In this document: piece by piece, positions 10,346 to 21,137 of the stretch
How the letters are laid out: every line of letters begins with the position of its first letter
Position numbering within the stretch: the stretch's first letter is position 1
From: Cetorhinus maximus
Lineage: Eukaryota
DNA length: 44,677 nt
NCBI RefSeq assembly: GCF_964194155.1
Contig: NC_135908.1
Location: 15,891,324 to 15,936,000, forward strand
Reading direction: 5' to 3'
Notes under the pieces: model-generated
What the model was told of the DNA's origin: nothing
Database searches by the model: none
What the model saw: only the letters and a program-made list of their open reading frames with translations
Program-made: the position numbers and the translations under genes

Positions 10346-10996
10346 TCCTCTGACTGGCTTCTTTCAGATTCCTTGTTTCGTTACATTTAACCAGTAAGTG
10401 AGTATACAGGAATTGTTAAAATCAACATTAGTTACGCAATCAAATAATCTGTTTCCCTCAGTAAGCTCATACTGATATATGTTATTGTAGTAGGACTTCC
10501 ACAAATAGCAATAAGTTTGGTGAACACAATACACGCAGAGGCTGAAGTTGGCCTTGAAAGAACTGTAGGTTTGAGTACATTAGGATTTTCTGATAAGCCT
10601 GCATTCGAATGTCAGAATGATAAGTAGCAATCAGCAACAGTCAATATTTATCACTTACTTTAACCCACGTTGTGTGCCCAGTCTGCTTCCTGAGCTTTTC
10701 AAACTCCCCTATGGCCCCATCTCTCCCTAGCTCCATAACCTCCTCCTGCCCCACACACACATATGGGATCTCTGCGCTCCTCCAATTCTGGCCTCTCGCA
10801 CATCCCTGATTTTTATCGTTCCTTCCACTAGAGGCTGTGCCCTCGGCTGCCTAGGCCCCAAACCCTAGGATTTCCTTCCTAAACCTCTCCGCGCCCCCAC
10901 GCCCCCCTCCTCCTTTAAGACCAATCTTTAAGACCAACTTCTGTGGAGTGAGAGAGACAGAGTTAACATTTCCAGTCCAGTATGACTTCTTCAGGA

Positions 10997-11028
10997 CTGA
11001 AGAAGAGTCATATTGGACTCGAAACATT
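10997..11028 (+). ncRNA. Minimal hammerhead-ribozyme motif of Penelope (disrupted)
   Basis: CTGAAGA-a-GAGTC-atattg-GACTC-GAAAC: conserved boxes with stem II; stem III/cleavage site interrupted by a MITE. Confidence 0.65.
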
Positions 11029-11121
11029 GGTCAGGATTTTCCGGCTCCTCACTCCGGCAAGATCGTCCGGTCCCGCCACAGGAGAACCCGTCACAGAGGG
11101 GAAGCTGGAAAGTTCGAGCCC
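11029..11121. mobile_element. ~93-bp MITE (PIF/Harbinger-like)
   Basis: Imperfect TIRs GGTCAGGATTTTCC / GGAAAGTTCGAGCCC; internal CCGGCAAGATCGTCCGG shared with the 29504 and 42058 copies. Confidence 0.7.
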
Positions 11122-11915
11122 TTAACTTTGTTTCTCTCTCCACAGATGCTGCCAGACCTGCCGAGTTTTTCCAGCGCTTTCTGTTTTTATTTCAGATTTC
11201 CAGCATCCGCGGTATTTTGCTTTTACTTAAAACCAACTTCTTTGACCGAGCTTTTAGTCACCTGTCAAATTTTGTTTAGATAATTCTCCTGCAAAGTATC
11301 TCTGGCGATTGGCATTATATAAACACAAGTTGCAGTTGTTGTAATTAAGCAGCAACATCGATATTTATTAGTTATTTGTCCACACATCCTAAACGCTTTT
11401 CCTTAATTTAGTTATTTGATGAGGAAGTCAATGAAGGACCGCATTCAACATAAGTGTCTTTTCTCTTTCTTTCCAGGAGTATTATTTCATTTGCTTGTAG
11501 CTGGGGATGAGTAAAAGCCCGTGTCATCCACTTCCCAAGAAAAAAATGATTGGAAACTTGGAAGGAAGCCATTGCTTCCAATGTCTCCAGATCTGTCAAG
11601 GCAACACTGAGTGCGTATCATTGCGCAATTTTTGTTTTGCACTTTGATCATGTTGGCCTCGGTTTTGAGGTAATTTGATTTTGCTAACGCAAATAGTGCA
11701 AAAATTACACAGTGTTCTTGGAAGTCAGAGGTAACTCATACACATTGTTGAAGGATTTAATAGTAAGATTGTGCAGAAGGTCCAAAGACCAAAACTTTGT
11801 CATCATCTGGAGCACAAATTACATCAAATTTTACAGTGGAGAAACATGACCATTTGGCCCAACGAGTCTATTCAGTGTTTGTGCTCCATACGAGCTTCCT
11901 CGCACTTTACTCCAT

Positions 11916-12300
11916 GGGGAGGCGATGGTGTACTGGTAATGTCGCTGGACTAGTGACCTAGACACCCAGGCTAATGCTCTAGGGGCAAGGGTTCAAATCC
12001 CACCATGGCAGCTGGTGGAAATAAATTCAATTAACAAATCTGGAATTGAAAGCTAGTCGGTAATGGTAACTGAAACTATCATTGATTGTTGTAAAAACCC
12101 ATCTGCTCCACTTTTAGGGAAGGAAATTTGCTACCCTTACCCAGTCTGGCCTACATTTGACTCCAGACACACAGCAGTGTGGTTGACTCTTAACTGCCCT
12201 CTGAAATGGCCTAGCAAACCACTCAGTTCTATTAGGGCTGGACAACAAATGCGGGCCTTTCCTGTGTTGCCCACATCCCATGAAAGAATAAATTTTTAAA
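11916..12300 (+). mobile_element. tRNA-headed SINE, full length, with 7-bp TSD, inserted in an old CR1 tail
   Basis: A box TGGTGTACTGG, B box GGTTCAAATCC, LINE-like tail CCCACATCCCATGAAAGAAT; TSD ACTCCAT at 11909 and 12301. Confidence 0.88.
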
Positions 12301-12707
12301 ACTCCATTCTATATCCTTATAACTATATTTTTTTCTCCCTCATCTGCTACTAACTTCCCTTAAATGCTATTCTTCTCAACTACTCCATGTGGTAGCAAGT
12401 TCCGCATTCTCTTGAGAGAAGTTTCTCAAGTTCCTCCTGAAATCCCCAATGGGATTTCTAAAATGCAAGGCTACTGATAAAACTGCGCGACATCAAAGTG
12501 AAGGCAGAGAATATAGATCAGTGATAAAAGGACCGTGAATTGCCTCAGATCCATTGTCGTGACTTTACCAGAAGCTCCACGTGTAAACAGGATTTCCACC
12601 GTTCTTCCCAGTGACCTTCTGGCCACAGAGCAGGAGTTCCTCCCAGGAAATGCACAGGAATGTTTTACGGGAATGGGTGCATGGATGAGAGACCTCGGTC
12701 GTGTGGA

Positions 12708-12852
12708 TATCACAGAACCACACAGTGCAGAAGAGGCCCTTCGGCCCATCGAGTCTGCACCGACACGTGAGAAACATCTGATCCCATTCGCCAGCACTTG
12801 GCCCATAGCCTTGAATGTTATGACGTGCCAAGTGCTCATCCAGGTACTTTTT
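12708..12852 (-). mobile_element. CR1 3' tail
   Basis: Minus: QGYGPSAGEWD then GATGGGCCGAAGGGCCTCTTCTGCACTGTG. Confidence 0.75.
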
Positions 12853-13235
12853 GATAGATTGGAGAAGCTGGGACTGATCTCCTTAGAGAAAAGAAGGTCG
12901 AGGGGAGATTTGAGGGAGGTGTTCAAAATGATGAGGGGCCTAGTCAGAGTGGGAAGGGAGAAACTGTTCCCATTGGCAGAAGGGTCAAGAGCCAGAGGAC
13001 ACCGAGTTAAGGGGATAGACAAAAAAGAACCAGAAGCAAGTGGTTGGGGTCTGGACTGCGCTGCCTGAGTGTGTGGTAGAGGCAGATTCAATGGTGGCTT
13101 TCAAAATGGGAATTGGCCAATTATCTGAGGAAAAAAGGTTTGTAGGTCTCGGGGAAAAGGCAGGGGAGTCAGACTAGCTAAGTTTCTCTTGCATGATGGG
13201 TCAAAAGGCCTCCTTCTACGCTGTAAATATTCCAC
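12853..13235 (+). mobile_element. CR1 ORF2 C-terminus plus 3'UTR
   Basis: DRLEKLGLISLEKRRSRGDLREVFKMMRG..EKLFPLAEGSRARGHR. Confidence 0.88.
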
Positions 13236-13461
13236 AATCCCAAGAGGACATCGGATGAGAGACACTTAGAATAAGAAGTGGATACTCAATATATATACTC
13301 AATACTCCCGAGGCGCAAGATATAGCGAGGAGAGGAAGGCTGGATAAAGTTGGAGCTTGGTAGGAAAATCTCAAGGGAAGATACAGGTAACCAAATTTAG
13401 CCTCCAACCATAAACTGGGCTTTAGGGTGTTCAGCAGAGATTAGAATTGAAGGCTGAGGGA

Positions 13462-13585
13462 AGCAAAATACTGCAGTCGCTGGAGAACGGATAGTGAAAT
13501 GCAAAATGTCTGAAAATACTCAGTAGGTCTGACAACACCTATGGAGAGAGAAGCAGGGTTAATGTTTCAAGTCAGAACTGAAAAA
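13462..13585 (-). mobile_element. Penelope terminal fragment
   Basis: AAGCAAAATACTGC..AATACTCAGTAGGTCTGACAACACCTATGGAGAGAGAAGCAGGGTTAATGTTTC, as at 34083. Confidence 0.65.
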
Positions 13586-13682
13586 TGTTAGAGAGCTCTA
13601 AATTCTGTTGCTAATCTGTAGGAAAGGAAAGGACAGTTCTCAGTAACAGCCTAAAGGACAAGGGTGAGGGTAGCCCTCACTA

Positions 13683-13748
13683 GCAGGGGCAGCAGGGGCA
13701 GCAGGGGCAGTAGGGGCAGCAGGGGCAGTAGGGGCAGTAGGGGCAGCA
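13683..13748. repeat. 9-bp tandem repeat (GGGGCAGYA)x7
   Basis: Directly visible; seven G4 runs. Confidence 0.92.
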
Positions 13749-13969
13749 TGGTGCTTATGGTGGAAGTTGGCCCCAAGTCTCCTAGCAGCTGAAGGCACTG
13801 CCGCCGCCCCCCCCCCGCTAAACCTGAACCTGCGGAGACAGTTTTCCTCCATCACCATCCCAAGTGCCCTCAGACTTGCACATGGCGTAAGGGTGAGTGT
13901 TGGCATTCATCCACCATCCATTCATCCAATTGCCCTGGCACACCTCCCTTGGTCCTTTATGCTGTTGGT

Positions 13970-15043
13970 CCAAACCTCACTCTAGAGACTTGATCTCAAA
14001 ACCTAGGCTGAAAAACCCTAGGGGGCAGCGTTGAGATTGTGCTAGAGGTGCCAACGAAGGCTATATCTACCCTCTCAGGTGGACATAAGTGTTCCCAAGG
14101 CACCATTTCACAGGATAGCAGTGGATGTATCCCCGATGTTCCAGACAATGGGCAGAATCTTCCAGAAACGAGAAGCTTGGTGAGCGGGGGAAGCTTCATT
14201 TGGTGTGAGCCCAAAAATCAGTTTCCCGACTGCGGGATGAACTTTAGGAATGATGTTCTCGGGACTTTAAAGGTGGGGTTATAGGTGAGTCGAGCTTCCC
14301 AGTGAACAATGTCAGGAAGCCCTTTTCCCTGCCTTAGCAAGTCACACATGCTCATTAAAAGACCAGCTGGCCAGAATTACGCCCCCCTTCCAAATTAAGC
14401 TCCCCGCCAACGACAAATTCGAACATTTATTTTCACGTCTGCACATAAGGCGCGTGTGCCTGGCAAGACTGACCTCTTCCACAGTTAATGGTGAGTTGCA
14501 GCCGCATTGTCCCCTTTGGGGAGCGTCTGTAAATGCCAGCCTACACTTAAAACCGGGTGGTGACAGTGCAAGCTGCATGGGCATTGGCCCAGGAAGGGAG
14601 GAAGGACTGACAGGGAAAGGTGGAGCAATGGCCAGGCAGATGGGGAGGGATAGTGAGGGGTGTCCGGGGAGGGGGAGTGAGGGCTGTCCGGGTGTGCTTT
14701 AAATATGGCACCTTGACCTTCGACCACATGAGGTAACGGTGGGGATGGCGACTTCCTGCCCACCCCCGCCATGGGAATCGGTGAGCTCCTCGCGGTGCTT
14801 ATGTAATGAACTGTCCAGTGCAGGATTGTCCACCCAGTTCCACAACTGGCACCGAACTTAGCCTCCAGAACAGAAGATTGCAGCTAAAATATATCCTTCA
14901 CCAACAGTACTAAAACCTGCCTTTATAACAGCGCTGTGTCTGGACATGCAAATTATCTGCCCAATTCCAACATTTACAATAATGACTACACTTCAAAGGT
15001 ACAACATTAGCTTTAAAGTGCTTTGAGAGAACCAGAGGTGCTA
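13970..15043 (+). mobile_element. Deu-domain SINE split by a DNA element
   Basis: CTCTCAGGTGGACATAA..CCCCGATGTTCCAGACAAT before 14150 continues as AATATATCCTTCACCAAC..ACTACACTTCAAA after 14885. Confidence 0.65.
14150..14885. mobile_element. Non-autonomous PIF/Harbinger-type element
   Basis: Imperfect TIRs GGGCAGAATCTTCC / AGAAGATTGCAGCT; cleanly interrupts a SINE; GC-rich interior. Confidence 0.6.
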
Positions 15044-15420
15044 TTTTCTTTTATTCTTTCTTGGGATGTGGGGGTCGCTGGCAAGGCCAGTATTTGTTGC
15101 CCATCCCTAACTACCCTTGAGCTGAGTGGCTTCCTAGGGCAATACAGAGTCAACCACATTGCTGTGGGTCTGGAGTCACATGTAGGCTAGACCAGGTAAG
15201 GACGGCAGATTTCCTTCCCTAAAGGGTGTTAGTGAACCAAATGGGTTTTTACAATAATCAATGATAGTTTCATGGTCGCCATTACTGAGACTGGCTTTCA
15301 ATTCCAGATTTATTGATTGAATTTAAATTCCACCAGCTGTCGTGGTGGGATTTGAACCCATTTCCCCAGAGCATCAGTCTGGATTACTCTGGATTACTCG
15401 CCCAGTGGTGTTACCGCTAG
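15044..15420 (-). mobile_element. tRNA-headed SINE
   Basis: Reverse-complement homologue of 11916-12300; B box appears as GGATTTGAACCC. Confidence 0.88.
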
Positions 15421-15575
15421 AGAATTCCAAAGGTTCACAACCCTCTGAGTGAGGAAATTTCTCCTCATCTCAGTCCTAAATGGCTGACCTTTTACCCTGA
15501 AACTATGCCCCAAATTGTAGACTCCAGCCAGAGGAAAACACTCCTTCAGCATCTACCCTGTCAAGGTCTCTCAGA
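15421..15575 (-). mobile_element. CR1 ORF2 fragment
   Basis: Minus FRTEMRRNFLTQRVVNLWNS, typical of the CR1 C-terminus. Confidence 0.75.
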
Positions 15576-16470
15576 ATTTTACCTGTAATGAGATCGCCTG
15601 AACCCCAGAGGGCAGAGGACCATTCTAGCCAATGGGCTGCCTTTTACGTGCCCCCCCGTGTTTTTAGCCGGGGGGAGGGTGGGGGTGGGGTGGGTGTGCA
15701 CATAAAATGATGCAGATGTCCACCCCACCACCCCACCCTGCGCTTTGTGGATATGGGGGGGGCCAGGTCCCATAGATAGAGCTCACCCCCAATAACACAG
15801 GGAAATAGGCAGCCAGCCAGCCATATTTAAATAACTAATCAAGGGTCAATTGAGCTTTTTACCAAGACAATTACCCCTGATAATACGCTGCCCGCACCAT
15901 AATACGGACAGAGTGGACTGGTCAGTTTTCTAAAAACCTTTTTCAAAGGGTGGGAAGGAATGGGGGGGCTACTATCTTTGGGGGTTGCCCTTCGTGGATC
16001 CAGGGGGCTGACCCCCGCCCTCCCCAACTAAGATAGTACCCCCTTTCTTCCTACCCACCTATTCCATAAAACACTCCGCCCTTTCTTCAAATTTTGTCTT
16101 TGGTTTTGCCACTACCCTAATTTAGGGGCTGCGTTTATTTTGTCCTTCATTTTGTTATTTTAGTTTATTTGGTTGACTCCAAAAGAGTTAAAACACTCCG
16201 CCCCACCCCCTGCCCCCTTCCCTAAACTGCCCAAGTCCACCCTGCCCAAGATCCCAGGCCTACCTGGTTCCGAGATCCATTGGCCTTCTTCCTCCTCCTC
16301 GCGTCCTGGCATCACCCACCAATGCGCTTTTGGCTCTGATGCCCAGGGCATCAGAGGTCCTCCCCAGCGAGGGGGCGGAGGTCACACTGCCCCACAATTA
16401 GCCCGCCCGCAGCACACAGGTTGACTACTCCACACTGACTTTGCTTCCGTTGGCGGTCAGGATCCTTCCC
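15575..16470. mobile_element. GC-rich non-autonomous DNA element (Harbinger-type), degraded
   Basis: Starts AATTTTACC; composition and ATATTTAAAT/CAATTGAG motifs resemble 39767-40495; ends not resolved. Confidence 0.35.
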
Positions 16471-17229
16471 CAACAAAGGATAACGTGCCTACTTTTGGTG
16501 CCAAGCTTAAGTGGAGCTGCTGCATGCTCAAGCCTTCTGACTCAGCGGCAGGAGCGTATCACTGAGGCGAGTGTTCATGAGACAGCCGTCTGAGCATTCT
16601 ACAGCCAGAGCATCACAACCGGAAGAATAAAGTTCCTCGGGTATCTGTGTCAAGGCTTCCTAGGGGGGAATCGCAAGAGAGAAAATAGGCCACACTGAAC
16701 GTTCGGCTAAGGGTATTGCCTGTCAGAACAAATTCCCATGGCAGCGGGTTTATCTTTCTGTAAATTGGGCTGAGGGAGGCTGTTTATTCTTAAATACTGT
16801 TATAGGGACAGTCGCAGCCAAGAGTAAGAATACATCGCCAACTGCATTATTGTTTTCGGACCTGGCACAGTAATATATTCTGTATCGATGTCAGTATTCC
16901 TTTAATGGGAAGTAGTAAACAGAGCTTAAAAATAATGCAGGCACAGAGCCTTCCGGCAATTGGAGGACTCCAACAGAGATCATGCGCCATAAATCACAAT
17001 TTAATTGATAGTTTAAATAACAAGACATGATAGGGCCTGATTATCCCAACCAGAGGATAACGTGTCATTAGAAAGACTAAAAGGGGCTGCCTTGAGGCAG
17101 ATTGGCCCACAATTATTTTCACTGAGATTCAATAGTGCCTAAATAAGGGGCTCCAGAAAATATTACCATTAATTCAGTTTAAATTAGGAGCTAAATTTCC
17201 AGTGAACCGTTTACTTATTTATTTACATC

Positions 17230-17470
17230 CTCTTGACTCCAGCCTCCGGAGAAGTCACCTCCATCACTCCTCCCTTTGTACCAGCTGTAGTGGCCGAGTC
17301 TTCAGTTTCCTGGCCTACACTCTGGGATTCCTTCCCTCCCACCCCCCCACCTTTCCCTCCCCCTCCCCCCATCTCTTTGTTTCTTTTTTAAGTTGCGCCC
17401 TTAAATCCCAACTCTTTAAAACAAGCTTGTGGTCCCGCCTCCAAAAATCTCCTCCTCGGCTTAAGAATCC
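17230..17470 (+). mobile_element. Old L2 3' fragment
   Basis: GGCCGAGTCTTCAG..CTCTGGGATTCC..CTTAAATCCCAACTCTTTAAAACAAGCTT, similar to the L2 at 10.7 kb. Confidence 0.5.
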
Positions 17471-17544
17471 ATGTCCTTATTGCCTGCAAATTCAAATGGA
17501 AAGTAGTCAACATGAGGTCGGAAAGGAGAGAAGAAATCTGAATG

Positions 17545-18365
17545 CCTGCGTGCAGTTAGACCTGGCCAATATCCAGGCTTGGACTGATAAGTGGCAAGTA
17601 ACATTTGTGCCACACAAGTGCTAAGAAATGACCATCTCCAACAAGAGAGAATCTATCAGTGTCCCTTTAATTGACATTCAATGACATTACCATCACTCCT
17701 TCCCCTACCATTAACATCCTGGGAGTCACCATTGACCAGAAATTGAACTGGACCGATCATACACTACATATTTACTACAAGAGCAGTTCAGAGGCTGGGG
17801 ATTCTGTGGCACGTAAATCATCTCCTGATTCCCCAAAGCCTGTCCACCATCTACAAGGCACAAGATGGAATACCCTCCACTTGCCTGGATGATTGCAGCT
17901 CCAACAACACTCAAGAAGCTCGACACCATCTAGGACAAAGCAACCCACTCGATCACTTATCTACCGCCTTAGCATTCACTCCCTCCACCAATGACACACA
18001 GTAGCAGCAGTGTGTACCATCTACAATATGCACTGCAGCAACTCATCAAGGCTCCTTCAACAGCACCTCCCAAACCCACAACCTCTACCATCTAGAATGG
18101 ACAAGGGCAACAAGTGCATGGGAACACCATCACCTGCAAGTTCCCCTCCAAGCCAAGACTTGGAACTATATTGCTGTTTATTCACTGAGGCAGAACTCAA
18201 AATCCTTGAACTCCCTTCCAAACAGTGCTGTGGGTGTACCTACACTGCATGGACTGCAGTGGTTCAAGAAGGTGGCTCACCACCACCTTCTCAAGGGTAA
18301 TTAGGGGTGGGTAAAAAATGCTGGCCTAGCCAGCGACAATCACATCCAATAAATTAGTTTTTAAA
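17545..18365 (+). mobile_element. CR1-group LINE, 5'-truncated (RT C-terminus plus tail)
   Basis: LDLANIQAWTDKWQVTFVPHKC, INILGVTIDQKLNW, TIYKAQ; same tail as 9304-9580. Confidence 0.88.
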
Positions 18366-19136
18366 AATCTCAGTCTTCACTACCATCCCACTCATCTGAT
18401 TTCCAATTGGCAAGGGGTGGTTGGTTAGTTCACATTGTCTTTTTAGTCGATATCGGATAACGATTTAAGACAATCACGGTCTGAATAGGACATGAATAGG
18501 ACAAGCCTAGAAGGGAAGCAAACACGATCATTTTCTGCTTAAGTGGCACAATGATGGGTTACTTTGTGACTTACGCCATTGTCAGGTAAGCCCCGGTGAA
18601 GGGACAAATGATTAGCTGATCATTCTATGCAAAACCAGAGGGCCCATAACCAAGAGGAAAGCTGGATATCCCCCTTCATTGTTCCTGCTGGACGCCAAGG
18701 CCTCAGGAGACTGCACAACCCCTTGGCTATTTTTGCTGCCATTAAAATGGATGGTTGGAAGGTCACAGGGAATTGCGCCCAATTTCCCAGAAATTCAAGG
18801 AGTGCAGCAATAAAATATCCTGGCTACCAATCCCTTCATTTACATTAACGGATACCTGGATCTGTGACAATTGCCTGTGTTACATGTCCAGCATGTTCTC
18901 AGTGTAAATCTCAGTCATGTTAGCGATTGTGAGCGCTGGAGGTAAACCTAAATTGTCAGCCCCGGGTACCTTGCCAAACAACGTTCCTATTAATACTGCC
19001 AAACTGATGGCAATCCGTCTCCTCTGTTTCACTGCACCATTGCAGGCTCTGCATAGCCAAGCAGTTGGGTACAAAATGCCAAGGGGGTGAAACCCTCTAC
19101 AGCTGATGGTTCCACAACCAAACCACACATACCAGA

Positions 19137-19243
19137 TAATAAAAGCAGAAAATGCTGGAAAAACTCAGCAGGTCTGGCAGCATCCCGTGGAGAGAGAAAC
19201 AGAGCTAACGTTTCAAGGCCAATATGAGTCTTCTTCAGAACTG
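19137..19243 (-). mobile_element. Penelope terminal fragment with decayed hammerhead motif
   Basis: AAAAGCAGAAAATGCTGGAAAAACTCAGCAGGTCTGGCAGCATC; minus CTGAAGAAGACTC..GAAACGTTAG. Confidence 0.7.
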
Positions 19244-19317
19244 GAACACATCCCAGACCTCAGTGTAGATGACGTCTTCTGCACTTTGGGTCAAAAGCGT
19301 CGTGGAACATAGGAACA

Positions 19318-19655
19318 TGCTGTAACATAGGAAATATGACAGCCAATTTGTGCACCGCCATCTCCCACTATCATCAGTGAGATAGTGACAATATATCTGG
19401 GGGGTTTTTTAAGTGATGTAGGCTGAAGAATAAATATTGGCTCCTCTATCAAATAGTGCCATGAGAGCAAATAGTGCCACTATTAAATAGTGCCACGGGA
19501 TCTCTTATGCCTACCTGAGAGCAGACAGGGCCCCAGTTTGACATCTCATGTGAAAGACCACATCTACTGACAGGGTAGCACTCCCTCAGCGCTGCGCTGG
19601 GAGTGCCGGCCTAGATTTCATATTGAGGCTTCTAGAGTGGAACTTAAACCCAATG
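19318..19655 (-). mobile_element. Deu-domain SINE
   Basis: AGCCAATTTGTGCAC..CCTGAGAGCAGACAGGGCCCCAGTTTGACATCTCAT..GCACTCCCTCAG; internal AAATAGTGCCA occurs three times. Confidence 0.75.
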
Positions 19656-20233
19656 TTCTCTCTAATTTTGATTTTGGAGGGCACAGTAAATTTGTTTTAA
19701 GTGCGTGGCCCCTATAAATTGTTTTTTACACGCCCTTGAAGGGGGACAGAGAGCTCTAGAAACTGGAGATGGTAGAGAAAAGGCGCCACCATTCGAGGAG
19801 TTTGTGTTACTCGCTGCAAACCGGTGAGTAGTTTCTGAGGAACAGCGAGTTTTGGGGGGGCAAATATTAGTTTCTGAGGCGCAGTTCCGGGTTCGAGTGA
19901 TGTTATCCCAGCGGAGATGTGGCTGGTAAGGATCCAGTGTGGACCCAGAACACGAGAATGGAGGGAGCAAGTGGAGGGAAACTGTGAGTGAGAGGGTTCA
20001 GGTGAGTTAGGAGAGGCGATGAGCTGAAGGCGGGCAAGAGGTAAGTTATTGACAGTTGCTAAGTTAAGAGTTGGTATTTTTAAGCATTCGGAATCAGCTG
20101 GGCTCCAGAAAGATATCAAGCGGTAGGAAAGGGGAGGGAAGTGGTGAGCCAGGGCTCACCCGACTTGCCAACCCTGTCATTCGCTGCCTCTCCCATCTCA
20201 CCAATATCCTCCAGCCTTGCCGTCGTTAGCAAC

Positions 20234-20315
20234 CCTCCCACTCACCGCCTCCACCACTCACCGCCTCCCCCGCTCACCGCCTCCCCCACTCACCGCCTCC
20301 CCCACTCACCGCCTC
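20234..20315. repeat. 16-bp tandem repeat (CCCACTCACCGCCTCC)x5
   Basis: CTCACCGCCTC at 20241, 20257, 20273, 20289 and 20305. Confidence 0.92.
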
Positions 20316-20335
20316 TCCCCTCTTTCTCTGTGCAG

Positions 20336-21137
20336 AGGGAGGCGATGGCAGTATTGTGGCTGGACTAGTAACCCAGAAACCCCGGGTAATGCTCAGGGGA
20401 CCTGGGTTCCAATGGTGGAATTTGAATTCAGTAAAAATCTAGAATTAAAAGTCTGATGATGACCACGAAACCATTGTCGATTGTTGTAAAAACCCATCTG
20501 GTTCACCAATATCCTTTAGGGGAGGAAATCTCTCATCCTTAACCTGGTCTGGCCTACATATGACTCCAGACCCACAGTAATGTGGTTGACTCTTAAATGC
20601 CCTCTGAAATTGTCGAGCAAGCCACTCAGTTGTATCGAACCACTACAAAGTCTCAAAAAAGGAACAAAACCAGATGGACCACCCGGCATCAACCTAGGCA
20701 CCGGAAACGACAACGGCAAACTCAGCCCTGTCAACCCTCAGAGCCCTCCTTACTAACATCTAGGGGGCTGGTGCCAAAACTGGGAGAGCTGTCTCACAGA
20801 CTAGTCAAGCAACGGCCTGACTCACAGCCTTAGGCAGCACCTTCCAAACCCCAGACCGTTACCACCTAGAAGGACAAGAGCAGCAGACACACGGAACAAC
20901 ACCACCTGGAAGTTCCCCTCCAAGCCACACACCATCCTGACTTGGAAATATATCGCCGTTCCTTCACTGTCGCTGGGTCAAAATCCTGGGACTCCCTTCC
21001 TAACAGCACTGCGGGTGTACCTACACCACAGGGGCTGCAGCAGTTCAAGAAGGCAGCCTTCTCAAGGGGCAATTAGGGATGGGCAATAAATGCTGGCTTG
21101 GCCAGCAAAGCCCACATCCGGTGAATGAAAAAAAAAA
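20336..21137 (+). mobile_element. Composite: tRNA-headed SINE body + LINE endonuclease start + LINE 3' tail
   Basis: SINE body to CCACTCAGTT (20631), then an extension encoding TNI*G/LVPKLGELSHRLVKQRPD (20752-20821), then ~310 bp of the LINE 3' end with poly(A). Confidence 0.8.

Larger units (their letters stand above)
10943..11226. mobile_element. Penelope-derived inverted-repeat (pLTR) fragment with 15-bp TSD
   Basis: Flanked by TTAAGACCAACTTCT (10928) and TTAAAACCAACTTCT (11227); hairpin centred near 10995; same sequence as the 3' end of the Penelope at 34.1 kb. Confidence 0.8.
10695..11341 (+). mobile_element. L2 LINE 3' end, split by a Penelope insertion
   Basis: Encodes SLRSSNSGLSHIPDF..GCLGPK; resumes at 11227 with TTTGACCGAGCTTTTAGTCACC and tail TATATAAACACAAGTTG. 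Confidence 0.8.

Noticed and set aside
11455-11600. Coding exon after a strong TTTCTTTCCAG acceptor
   Set aside because: Stops occur in all three frames within ~40 nt and there is no convincing donor.
11916-12010. tRNA gene
   Set aside because: The A/B boxes belong to a multi-copy SINE head followed by a body, tail and TSD; no intact acceptor stem.
12471-13091. 177-aa and 206-aa ORFs as host genes
   Set aside because: They span two oppositely oriented CR1 fragments; chance read-through.
12708-13235. Twin-priming inversion of a single CR1
   Set aside because: Both halves contain their own, different 3'UTRs, so they are two separate insertions.
13640-13906. Ala/Pro-repeat protein ORF
   Set aside because: Driven by the 9-bp microsatellite; no recognisable domain or splice context.
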